DNA of 53,803 bases, filler included, from Malassezia furfur (lineage: Eukaryota), in the NCBI GenBank assembly GCA_052055015.1. It is 2 parts of 2 records of this genome, joined end to end, with 100 filler letters (N's around TTAATTAATTAA, not from the genome) between each part and the next. Parts side by side here need not be neighbours in the genome. Positions count along the whole stretch, not along the records: positions 27,012 to 53,803 come from JBQJIT010000121.1; 1 more part is not named here. One strand, written 5' to 3'. Position 1 is the stretch's first letter, and each line of letters opens with the position of its first letter. Position numbers and translations under genes: made by a program. The notes under the pieces were generated by a model. The model was not told where the DNA came from. It did no database searches and worked only from the letters and a program-made list of their open reading frames with translations. This document shows positions 35,801 to 45,255 of the stretch, piece by piece.

Positions 35801-36897
35801 CGTGCATTGCGCATGAGGTGCACGGCCAGCACGCTCCCGTCCGCGTTCCACGCGAGCGACTGGACGGTGTGCGGCGTGCGCCATTCGGGCAGCGTGCCGA
35901 CGTCGCCACGCGGCGCGGCGCCGTGCTCCTCGCGCAGTGAAAACTCGCCGTGCCGCAGCCCGTTGCGCTCAAAGAACACCACGTCGTGCCGCCCCTCGCG
36001 CCCCGGCGCCCACTCGCGGCCGTCGGGCGCACGGCCCGCGCGCTGCGTCGTGGTGATCAAGTTGCCGACGGGGCGCACCGCAAGGCACTGCGACACGCCG
36101 CGCACCGTAGGGTCGGACGTCGCACTCAGAGTGCCGGCGCGCGTGTAGGTGCGCAGCACACGGTGCGCGCCGCTCGCGTTGTGCTCGACGGCCGACACCA
36201 CAAAGTAGGCGCCGTCCGCACGCCAGCCGACGCGCGGCAGCAGGTCGTCGTCGACAACGAGGGGACCGCGGGGGTCGCTTGGGGGCGCCTGCGCGGCGGC
36301 GGCGGCCGCCTGCTTGCCCTCGGATCCGTGGAACTGCGTCGCCTTGGAGCCCCAGCCGACGTTCACTGGCGCGTCCTCGCCAAACTCGTCGGTCGCCAGC
36401 GGCGCCTCGTGCAGGATGTCAAAGTCGCGCGTCATGAGCAGGAGCTGGGCAGGCGCCGTGGGCCCTGGAGCAGTAACGAGCACCAGCACGTCCTCGTCCG
36501 GGCTCCACTGCGCCGCCAGCACGCCCTGCTCCACGGACCCGACGATCTCGGCGCGCGGTGCGTCGAGCGGCACAAGCACGATATCGCCGCCGGCCGTGAT
36601 GACACAGAGCGCGGGCGCATTGCCGGCAGCCTCTCCGCCGTCTGAAAGCAGCTGGAAGAGCACAAGCTCGTGTGCGACGCCGAGCGTCGGCGGCGCAGCG
36701 ACGACGGCCAACGAGGCGAGTTCTTCGTGTGTGGTGTGCGTAAGCCGCGCGAGCGTCAGGCGCACGAGCGACGTGTCTGCGCTGCGGAGTGCCCGCGCCG
36801 CGTACACTGCATCGCGCGCCTCGGTATCTGGGGCGACGGCGTGCCAGCCCTCGCTGTGCGCGAACGCATCGACCGCGAGCGTGGTCAAATTGCGCAT
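32860..36897 (-). CDS. ELP1: Elongator complex subunit 1 (Iki3/IKAP)
   Basis: MRNL, WSPDE, VGWGSKATQFHGSEGK, FFERNGLRHGEF, NYHWYLKQ, LQMPRGNLETI, SQKDPREY, GKKGSIYEE. Intron 34553-34573. Confidence 0.96.
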
Positions 36898-37069
36898 GCA
36901 GGTGGAGGCTTCGTGAGGGGAAAAAAATGCGAAGCAGCGGTGGAGTAGCCGGGGGTAGCAGTGGGGACAAGGGACAGGGAATGGGAAACACACTGAGGGT
37001 GCACACGAGCGCGGCGTGTGCCTATATACCGTACATAGTGTGTCGCAAGCTGCCCGTGGTCGGCGGCTT

Positions 37070-37164
37070 GGCCCGCTGCGTGCGGTTTGGCCCGCTGCGT
37101 GCGGCTCGGCCCGCTGCGTGCGGCTCGGCCCGCTGCGTGAGGCTCGTCCCGCTGTGTCCGGCAT
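37070..37164. repeat. 19-bp GC-rich minisatellite, about 5 copies (GGCCCGCTGCGTGCGGCTC), intergenic
   Basis: Direct head-to-tail units at 37070, 37089, 37108, 37127 and 37146, with a degenerate copy from 37051. Confidence 0.9.
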
Positions 37165-37237
37165 GGGCCCTCCGTGCGCCCGTGCCGGCGTGTCCGGCCG
37201 CGCCACTGCATCACGTTTCCAAGTTTTGTGCTACGTA

Positions 37238-40200
37238 CTAATCCGCACGAAGGCTCTCAAAGTTGACGCGCGCCTGCTCGAGCGCCTTCTTCTCGGCGAG
37301 CAGGTCGTCGATGCGGTTTTGTGTGCTCGTGCGCACGTCCTCGGGCGTCTTGGACCACTCGGGCTTCTGCGTGAGCGCCTGCGTGCGCGAGAGCTGCGTC
37401 TCGGTGAGCGTGAGCTTCTTGGCGAGCTTGCTCAGCTCCTGGTCGACGTCGACGAGGCCACGCACAAGCACATGCACCTGGATCGTCGACGAGACCGACG
37501 CGACGACACAGCCCGACGGCACGTCGCTCGGCGCCTGCACGACGCTCACCTCGTCGCAGCCCTTGATGAGCGTGTGCATCACGGAGCGCTGCGTGTCGAG
37601 CATGGCGCGCGTCGCCTCCACATTCGTCTCGACAAACACGCGGATCTTGGAGGTGAGGCCGTAGTCGGCGGCGAGGCCGCGCGCGGCGCGCACCGAGGCA
37701 AACACCTCGTCGAACTGCGCGGCGGCCTCCGGGAAGCTGTGCTGCTCGCTCCACGCCGGCAGCTGCGTGAGGGCGATCGTCTCGCTCGTCTCGCCCGGGC
37801 GCTGCGGCAGGCGGTGCCACAGCTCCTCGGTGACGTACGGCATGAAGGGGTGCAGCAGCTTGAGCCCCGCGTCGAGGCACGCGTACAGCGTGTGCTGCGC
37901 CGAGGTGCGCGCCGCGGGGTCGGCGCCCGCGTCGGTGATCGGCTTGATCGCCTCGATGTACACGTCGCACAGGTCGTACAGCCAGAAGTTGTACACGGCG
38001 GCGGTGGCCGACATGAACACGCGGTGCTGCATGTCGTGGTCGAGCTGCTTGGCGGTCTCGTTGAGGCGGTGCCAGATCCACTTCTCCACGAGGCTCTGCG
38101 GGACGAAGCTGGCCTCCTGCTCGGCGCTGAGCGGCGCAAACCCGTCCTGGAGCTTGAGCAGCGCAAAGCGCGTCGCGTTCCAGAGCTTGTTGCAGAACTT
38201 GCGGTAGCCCTCGACGCGCATGATGTCGAGGTTGATGTCGCGCCCGGCGGCGGTGTAGGCGCACAGCGTGAAGCGCAGCGCGTCGGTGCCGCACTGCGGG
38301 ATGCCCTTGGGGTAGTCCTTCTTCTGCCCCGCGGCCGCCTTGGCGACCTCGCGCTCGTCCAGGTTGCCCTCGCGCAGGCGCTGCTGCAGGCCGTCGAGCG
38401 AGATGCCCTCGATGACGTCGATCGGGTCGATCACGTTGCCGAGACTCTTGCTCATCTTGCGCCCGTGCGCGTCACGCACCATCGCGTGGCAGAACACCTC
38501 CTTGAACGGCAGCTGCCCGGTGAGGTACACACCGAGCATGATCATGCGCGCCACCCAGAAGAAGAGGATGTCCCAGCCGGTCTCGAGCAGCGAGTTGGGG
38601 TAGTAGTACTGCATCTCCTTGGTCTTCTCCGGCCAGCCGAGGATCGAGAAGGGCCACAGGCCCGACGAGTACCACGTGTCGAGCACGTCCTCGTCCTGCT
38701 CCAGCACAAACGCACGGCCGCCCGCGAGCTTCGCGCCGCGCTCCTCGGCCTGCTCGCGCGTCCGGCCCACGACCCACCACTGGCCGTCGGCGCGGTCCTG
38801 GTCGGCGCCCTCGATGTTCACAAAGTACGCCGGGACACGGTGGCCCCACCACAGCTGGCGCGACACACACCAGTCCTGGATGTTGTCCATCCACCTAAAG
38901 AACTCGCGCTTGCTCTGCGGCGGCTCGATCGGCATGTCGGCGTCGCGCACGGCCTTCACCGCGGCCTCCGCGAGCGGCTGGCAGTTGACCCACCACTGCG
39001 GCTTCATCACCGGCTCGATGATGTCGCCCGAGCGCGAGCACACGGGCACGGTCATCGGGTTGTCCTTCGTCTCGACGTACAGCCCCTTCTCCTTGAGCGC
39101 GTCGACGACCGCGCGGCGCGCGCTGAAGCGCTTCATGCCGGCGTACGGCCCGGCGTTGTCGTTGAGCGTGCCGTCGTCGTTGAGGATGTTGATGAACGCG
39201 AGGTCGTGGCGCTTGCCGACCTCGTAGTCGTTCGGGTCGTGCGCGGGCGTGATCTTGACCGCACCCGTGCCGAACGCCATGTCCACCGCGATCGCGTCCG
39301 TCACCACGGGGATCTGGCGGTCGACGAACGGATGCTGGAGCAGCTTGCCGTGCAGGTGCTTGTACCGCTCGTCGTCGGGGTGCACGGCGACGGCCGTGTC
39401 GCCGAGGATCGTCTCGGGACGCGTCGTGGCCACCACGAGGCGCTCGTCGCTGCCCACGACGGGGTACGCAAACGAGGTGATCACACCAAACTCGATGCGC
39501 TCGTTCGCAGGGTAGCCGGGCACGTTGAGCAGCGTGCGCCCGTTGAGCTGCTTCTGCTCCACCTCGAGGTTCGACAGCGTGGTGTTGAGCTGCACACACC
39601 AGTTCACCAGGCGGTTCGCGCGGTACAGGATGCCGTCCTCGTGCATGCGGCAGAAGTTCTCCGTGACCGCCGCCGTGCGCTGGGGGTCCATGGTGAACAC
39701 CTCGCGCGAGAAGTCGAACGACGCACCCAGGCGGCGCATCTGGCTCCCGATGCGCTCCTTGTACTCGTCCTTCCACGCAAACACCTTCTCGAGGAACGCC
39801 TCGCGCCCGTAGTCGTAGCGCGACTTGCCCTCGAGCTTCGCTAACCGCTTCTCCACGACACTCTGCGTCGAGATGCCCGCGTGGTCAAAGCCGGGGTTGT
39901 ACAGCACGCGGTAGCCCTTCATGCGGTAGAAGCGCACGAGCGCGTCCTGGATCGAGATGGTCAGCGCGTGCCCAATGTGCAAAGCACCCGTGACGTTCGG
40001 CGGCGGCAGCGGCACCACAAACGTACGCTCGGGGTCGTACGGGTCCGCGTCGCTCGGCTCCTTCGGCGCAAAGAAGCCCTGCTTCTCCCACCACGCATAC
40101 CACGACGACTCGACGTGCAGGGGGTTGTAGCCGGACTCCATCGGCTGCGACAGGTCCTTCTTCTCGCCAGGCACCGTGGGGTCCTCCCACTTGGGCTCCT

Positions 40201-40501
40201 CCTTGACCTCCTTCTTGGCCTTCTCCTTCTTGGGCGCCGCGGGCGCCGCGGCCTTCTCGGCCTTCAGCGCATTCTTCGCGGCCGCCTTGGCCTGCTTCTC
40301 GGCGAGCTTCGCGGCCTTCTTCTGGGCCGACTTGGACGGGCCTTCGCTCTCGCCCGCAGGCGGCGCGGCAGGCGGCGGCGGGTTCTGGGGGTCACTCATC
40401 GACAGCTTCGCAATTCCAGCAAGGCTCGGCACAGTCACTCGGGGTCGTACGGTACGTGGCGCAGCAGAAATCCAAAGTCGCGCTCGAACCCACGCCTTCA
40501 T
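37238..40501 (-). CDS. VAS1: Valyl-tRNA synthetase (cytosolic plus probable mitochondrial isoform)
   Basis: PPPNVTGALHIGH, DWCVSRQLWWGH, KMSKS. A second in-frame ATG (MSDPQ, about 40399) follows an Arg-rich, acid-free leader. Confidence 0.97.
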   Translation of the reverse strand: MKAWVRARLWISAAPRTVRPRVTVPSLAGIAKLSMSDPQNPPPPAAPPAGESEGPSKSAQKKAAKLAEKQAKAAAKNALKAEKAAAPAAPKKEKAKKEVKEEPKWEDPTVPGEKKDLSQPMESGYNPLHVESSWYAWWEKQGFFAPKEPSDADPYDPERTFVVPLPPPNVTGALHIGHALTISIQDALVRFYRMKGYRVLYNPGFDHAGISTQSVVEKRLAKLEGKSRYDYGREAFLEKVFAWKDEYKERIGSQMRRLGASFDFSREVFTMDPQRTAAVTENFCRMHEDGILYRANRLVNWCVQLNTTLSNLEVEQKQLNGRTLLNVPGYPANERIEFGVITSFAYPVVGSDERLVVATTRPETILGDTAVAVHPDDERYKHLHGKLLQHPFVDRQIPVVTDAIAVDMAFGTGAVKITPAHDPNDYEVGKRHDLAFINILNDDGTLNDNAGPYAGMKRFSARRAVVDALKEKGLYVETKDNPMTVPVCSRSGDIIEPVMKPQWWVNCQPLAEAAVKAVRDADMPIEPPQSKREFFRWMDNIQDWCVSRQLWWGHRVPAYFVNIEGADQDRADGQWWVVGRTREQAEERGAKLAGGRAFVLEQDEDVLDTWYSSGLWPFSILGWPEKTKEMQYYYPNSLLETGWDILFFWVARMIMLGVYLTGQLPFKEVFCHAMVRDAHGRKMSKSLGNVIDPIDVIEGISLDGLQQRLREGNLDEREVAKAAAGQKKDYPKGIPQCGTDALRFTLCAYTAAGRDINLDIMRVEGYRKFCNKLWNATRFALLKLQDGFAPLSAEQEASFVPQSLVEKWIWHRLNETAKQLDHDMQHRVFMSATAAVYNFWLYDLCDVYIEAIKPITDAGADPAARTSAQHTLYACLDAGLKLLHPFMPYVTEELWHRLPQRPGETSETIALTQLPAWSEQHSFPEAAAQFDEVFASVRAARGLAADYGLTSKIRVFVETNVEATRAMLDTQRSVMHTLIKGCDEVSVVQAPSDVPSGCVVASVSSTIQVHVLVRGLVDVDQELSKLAKKLTLTETQLSRTQALTQKPEWSKTPEDVRTSTQNRIDDLLAEKKALEQARVNFESLRAD

Positions 40502-40656
40502 CCACTAGCCACGTCGTGACTCAAAGAAACCGCCGCGTGCCGCAGCACGCACGTCACGTGCCGCGGTGGGGCCACGCCGCGCGCGCGCCGCACCGCGCCT
40601 GCCGAGCGCACCTGTACCAACTATCCTACCCATCGCCCACGCACCGCGTGGGCCGC

Positions 40657-41446
40657 CTACTTCCGCGACGCCTTCTTCGCCGACGCAGCAGGCTTCTTGG
40701 CCTTGCTCGCGGCCTTCTTCGCGGTCGTCGTAGTCTTCTTCGTAGTCGCCGCCTTGGCAGGCGCCTTCTTGACCCGCTTCGTCGCTGGCGACGCCTTCGC
40801 TGCCGCCGTCTTCTTCGCCGCAGGCTTCGCCTTTGCCGCAGGCTTTGCAGCCGCCGCCTTCTTCGCGGCCGGCTTCGCCTTGGTCGTCGTGGTCTTCTTC
40901 GCGGCCGGGGTCTTCTTCGCGGCCGTAGTCTTCTTCGCAGCAGGCTTCGCCTTGCTCACGGTCTTCGTCGCAGCCGTCTTCTTGGCCGCGGGCCGCGCGC
41001 TCGCGGCCTTCTTGGCCGCAGGCTTCGCCTTGGTCGTCGTGGCGGCAGTCTTCTTCGCAGCCGTGGTCGCGGGCTTCTTGGCGACCACCTTCACGGCGGC
41101 CGGCTTGCCCTTCGCCAGCAGGCGCACCTTGCCGCTCATGCCCTTGGGCAGCGAAAAGATGCCCTTGGCCTCGCCACGCGCGATCGCCTGGTTCAGGTGC
41201 GTGGTGAAGGACGCAAGGGGGATGCGGCCCGTATCGGGGTGCTTTGCGAGGATGTACTTCTTGATCGTCGGGCGGCCGAGACCCAGACGCGCCTCGAGAC
41301 CGTATGCAATGATCGCCTCCTTAATCATGTCCTATCGCGTCAGCGGAGGGGAGGCGTGCACCTACCTCGTATGTCAGACTCGTCTTCTTGGCAGAGGCCG
41401 TCGCCTTCTTGGCGACGCCCTTGGCACTCGTTGCAGCAGGGGCCAT
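40657..41446 (-). CDS. Linker histone H1
   Basis: TYEDMIKEAI..GLGRPTIKKYI..KGMSGKVRL globular domain and K/A/P-rich tail. Intron 41332-41365. Confidence 0.92.
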
Positions 41447-42010
41447 CGTTCAAGGGATGCGGGGTGGTGTGCAAGTGAAAAGCAAGAGGGAGCAATGCAC
41501 CAAAGGCAATCCGTCCAATGCGGTGTTTTGGACCGGCGTGACGCGCACAGGGGGAGCGGCGTTGTCCCCAACGCGCAATTTACGTGAGTCGCAGATTTCG
41601 CCCCGCACCTGCCCAAACCGAATCTGGTGATCGGGCGTGGATCAGACGCGCGCGCGCACACGACGCCGCGCGCGCGCATTTCGCGCCGAGCCGCACACGC
41701 CCGCCAGGCGTGCGTTGCAGTGCACCACCGGCTCGTACCGTGCCGTGCACCGCGCCTGTCGCGCTTGTGCCGCCGCACGGCGCGCCATGCACCTCCACGC
41801 CGCGGCGCGCTCCGCGCTCCACCATGCCTGTGCGACGCGTCGTGAGCCCGATCGGGTGGAGGGTTAATGTATCGGGGATGATATGGGGTGCGATCGGGGT
41901 TGATGCTACGTACGTGCGCCGCCGTATCACATGGGCCGCGATGTCCGCGGTGGCGTGCGCGGTGGCGCGCGCGGCGCTCGGCGTGCACGTAGGGTTGGCG
42001 CAGCGCGCAC

Positions 42011-43648
42011 TTAAGGCGCACGCGCCGCAAGCGCGAGCGAGTGCTGCCCGGCCGTCGCCACGCTGACGACCGACCACGCGCCCGGCTCGCCGGGCATCGG
42101 CACGGCCGTCGGCGTGGCCTTGCTCTGGTCCTCGCCCCACGACGCGGCCGGCTGGCCCATCGCATCGTCCGACGTAGTTCCCCACGAGTAGAGTGTGCCG
42201 TCCGCGGCAAGCGCAAACGTGAAGCGCATGCCGGCCGCAACGCCGACAATGTTCGTCTGTCCCTCGCGCGTCGCCGCCTTGGGCGCATACTCCGGCGCCG
42301 GCGGGAACGGCACGCGCTCCGGCGTGCGCAGCGGCGCGGCGCCCGCCGCCGCCGCAGGGTGCGACGGCGGCAGACCCAGCTTGCCCTCGTCGCCGTCGCC
42401 GCAGATGTACACCTCGCCGTTGCTCAGCAAAAACACCGAGTGGAACTCGCCGCCGGTGATCTGCACGACGTGCGCGCCGCCGAGCTGCGCAGGCTCGAGC
42501 GCCTTGATGCGCGTCGGGCGCGTGATCTTGTCCTTGGCGCTGCCCGTGCCCGTCTGGCCGCGGGTGTTGAGGCCCCACGCAAAGACGCGGCCGTCGGCGT
42601 CCACGGCAAAGCTCGTGTTGAGCCCGCACCCGACGTGCACGATGCGCTTCAGCTCGGGGATCGTCGCGGGCGTCAGCAGCATGTCCGCAGGCGGGTCGCG
42701 CTTCGTGAACTGCGCACGGATGCGGTACATGTTGGCAAAGCGGCCGAGCTGCGACGTGCTGTTCAGGCCCCACGAGTACACGCGGCCGTCGAGCGTGAGC
42801 GCCAGGACGTGGTTCTCGCCGCAGACCACCTGTGCGAAGCGCTCCTCCTCCAGGGCATCGAGCGCCACGGGCGACCACTGCTCCTTCGGCGCACCGTCCG
42901 CGTCGGTGTCGGCAAAGCACACCTTGCCCTCGCCGTCCTTGAAGTGGCCCCATGCGACGAGGGCGCCGCTCGCATCGAGCGCAACGCTGCACCCGTCCGA
43001 GGCTGCGACGCGCGTCGCTCGGAAGCGGCGGACGTGGCCGTCGGTGCCGGCGCGCGCGCTGCGGCCGTCCGGCGCAAGGCCGTCCACGGGGCGCAGCACG
43101 TAGTAGTCGTCCTCCTCGCTCTCCTCCGCGTCACTGGGGTGCGTGCGGCCGAGCGTGCCGTGGTCGTCGCTGCCGCACGTCAGCAGACGGCCGTGGGCGT
43201 CGATGACGATCGAGTGCATCCCGCCGGCGGCAATCACCTCGATGCCGCCCGGGCCCAGCTCGCCGGCATCCGTCTTTTGCGAGACGTCCTTGTTGCCGAA
43301 CGGCTTGGGCTTCGCGAGCTTGTTCAGGTTGTCATCGTCGGGGCCGCCGAGCGACAGCTGACCGGCCTCGCCCGTGCCCCACACAAAGAGCTTGCGGGCG
43401 AGCACGTCGCCAGACTCGGGCGCCGTGGCGTGCTGCGTCTGCAGCAGCGTGCCCATCGTGCGCGAGCCCGCACGGCCGGCGTCGACGTCGGCGACGTGCA
43501 GCGGCGGCACGGGCGCAGGCGCCACGTTGAGCGTCGCAGGCTCGGTGTGTGCGGTGCGCGAGCGCTTCGCGGCGCTCGGCTCGGTGGTGGGCGCGGCTCG
43601 CTTGCGCGTGGGCGCAGCAGGCGCGCTCGCACGGCGTTTGGGCGGCAT
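42011..43648 (-). CDS. RCC1-family Ran GEF (Pim1/Srm1-like)
   Basis: Repeats VWGTGEAGQL, AAGGMH, CGENHVLAL..VYSWG..QLGR, FAWGLNTRGQTG, GGEFHS, AGQHS; N-terminal MPPKRR. Confidence 0.88.
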   Translation of the reverse strand: MPPKRRASAPAAPTRKRAAPTTEPSAAKRSRTAHTEPATLNVAPAPVPPLHVADVDAGRAGSRTMGTLLQTQHATAPESGDVLARKLFVWGTGEAGQLSLGGPDDDNLNKLAKPKPFGNKDVSQKTDAGELGPGGIEVIAAGGMHSIVIDAHGRLLTCGSDDHGTLGRTHPSDAEESEEDDYYVLRPVDGLAPDGRSARAGTDGHVRRFRATRVAASDGCSVALDASGALVAWGHFKDGEGKVCFADTDADGAPKEQWSPVALDALEEERFAQVVCGENHVLALTLDGRVYSWGLNSTSQLGRFANMYRIRAQFTKRDPPADMLLTPATIPELKRIVHVGCGLNTSFAVDADGRVFAWGLNTRGQTGTGSAKDKITRPTRIKALEPAQLGGAHVVQITGGEFHSVFLLSNGEVYICGDGDEGKLGLPPSHPAAAAGAAPLRTPERVPFPPAPEYAPKAATREGQTNIVGVAAGMRFTFALAADGTLYSWGTTSDDAMGQPAASWGEDQSKATPTAVPMPGEPGAWSVVSVATAGQHSLALAARAP

Positions 43649-43705
43649 GGCGGTCGGACGAATCGGGCCACGTGGCACGGGTTCTGGAACGCGTGGCGCT
43701 ATGGT

Positions 43706-44294
43706 CTACTTGATCTCGAGCAGCTTCACGTCAAAGATCAGCGTCGAGTTGGCGGGGATGCCGGGCAGCTTGGTGCGGCCGTAGGCCAGCGCCGGCGGGC
43801 ACACGAGGCGGCGCTCGCCGCCGACCTGCATGCCTTTCACGCCTTGGTCCCAACCTGACGTAAGCGCCGACGACCTACCCTTGATGACCTCGCCCTTGCC
43901 GAGGCGGAAGGAGAACGGCTTCCCCTTGGTGTTCGAGTCAAAGATGGAGCCGTTCATCAGCTTGCCGACGTAGCGCATGCTCACGCGCTGGCCAGGCTTC
44001 GCCGTAGGGCCGGTACCGATCTTCTTATCTTCAATCGTCAAACCAGAAGGGAGCACAGTCTATTCGAGCAACCCGTTAGCCATCAAATAGCGGGCCAGAA
44101 GAGCGCGCACCTTCTCGTCCTCCTTCTTCGACGGCGCGGCAGCGGCCGCCGCCTCCGCCTTCAGCTTCTTGTTCAGACGCTTGCGCTGGCCACGGCTCAG
44201 CTTCGGCTCGTCGGCCTCGAGCACGTCCGCCGAACGCTTCTTGGGGGGGAGGACCACGACCTCGTCCTCGTCTTCCTCGTCGTCCTCGTCGTCC

Positions 44295-44326
<32 letters not shown>

Positions 44327-45143
44327 GTCCTCATCGTCCTCGTCGTCCTCATCGTCCTCGTCGATCTCCACATCGTCGATCTCGACGTCGTCCTCGTCGT
44401 CCTCGTCATCGTCGTCCGAGTCCTCCTCGTCCTCATCGTCCTCATCGTCGTCCTCCTCGTTGTTCGAGCGGTCGGCGATCGCGAGGCGGTTGCCCGACTC
44501 CTCGTCGTCCGAGTCCTCGTCGTCCTCGTCGTCGTAGAGGCCCTCGTAGTCCTCAGGGTCGAGGTTGTTCAGCGACGTGGGCAGCAGGTAGTTGCCGATG
44601 ATGTCCACGGGCTGGTCGCCGGTCACCGAAAGACCGACCTCCTCCTCCTCGCTGATCTGGAGGTTGAGCGTCACCTGCTCGACCTGCGGGTTAGTACGCG
44701 ACGCATGCGGCACAACATACCTTCTCGGGAATGAGCGAGCACACGACGTACGAGTCCTCCTCGGTGAAGATGGGCTCGTCGTCCTCGTCGTCCGAGTCGA
44801 TCTCGTCCGAGTCGATCTCTTCGTCGTCCTCGTCGTCCTCGTCGTCCTCGTCATCGTCCTCGTCGTCCTCGTCGTCCTCATCGTCCTCGTCGGCCTGCTC
44901 GAGGATCTCCGCGATCTCGTCCTCGTTCAGCTCGCGGTCCTCGTCGTCCGAGTCCTCGTCGTCCGAGTCGAACGCCGGGTTGCCGGCGTAGTGCACACGG
45001 AGCACCGTGCGCTTTTTCCCGCTGAGCTCCTCGGGGTTCGAGTAGCTCACATTCGTGATCTGAATGTCGCGGATGGTGTCCAGGTGGTAGATCTCACCCG
45101 GGTTGAGCCGCAAGGTAAAGAATTCAACAGGTGCCGAGCTCAT
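43706..45143 (-). CDS. Nucleolar FKBP-type PPIase with nucleoplasmin-like and acidic domains (Fpr3/Fpr4-like)
   Basis: N-terminal NPL segments, long D/E tracts and C-terminal FKBP ([34 protein letters not shown]). Introns 44684-44720, 44060-44110 and 43855-43878. Confidence 0.92.
44260..44970. repeat. Coding (TCG/TCC)n low-complexity repeats encoding poly-D/E tracts
   Basis: Runs of TCGTCC at about 44260-44535 and 44776-44970 inside the FKBP gene. Confidence 0.9.
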
Positions 45144-45255
45144 TATGGTGAGGGCAGTAGTGGAACCAACGCCACGAAGATGCACCCACTGAAAAGGAAA
45201 TTTTTTTCGCAGATGCTTACGTAGACTGTGCATGAACGTGCTCAAACCACCTCCA

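Noticed and set aside
37070..37164. CRISPR-like array
   Set aside because: Units are head-to-tail with no spacers, there are no cas genes and the context is eukaryotic.
32641..39844. Very long antisense ORFs (32641-35940, 37016-39844; likewise 16840-18993, 27937-29637, 50527-52929)
   Set aside because: They are shadow ORFs opposite well-supported genes, expected from extreme GC3 bias, and carry no motifs.
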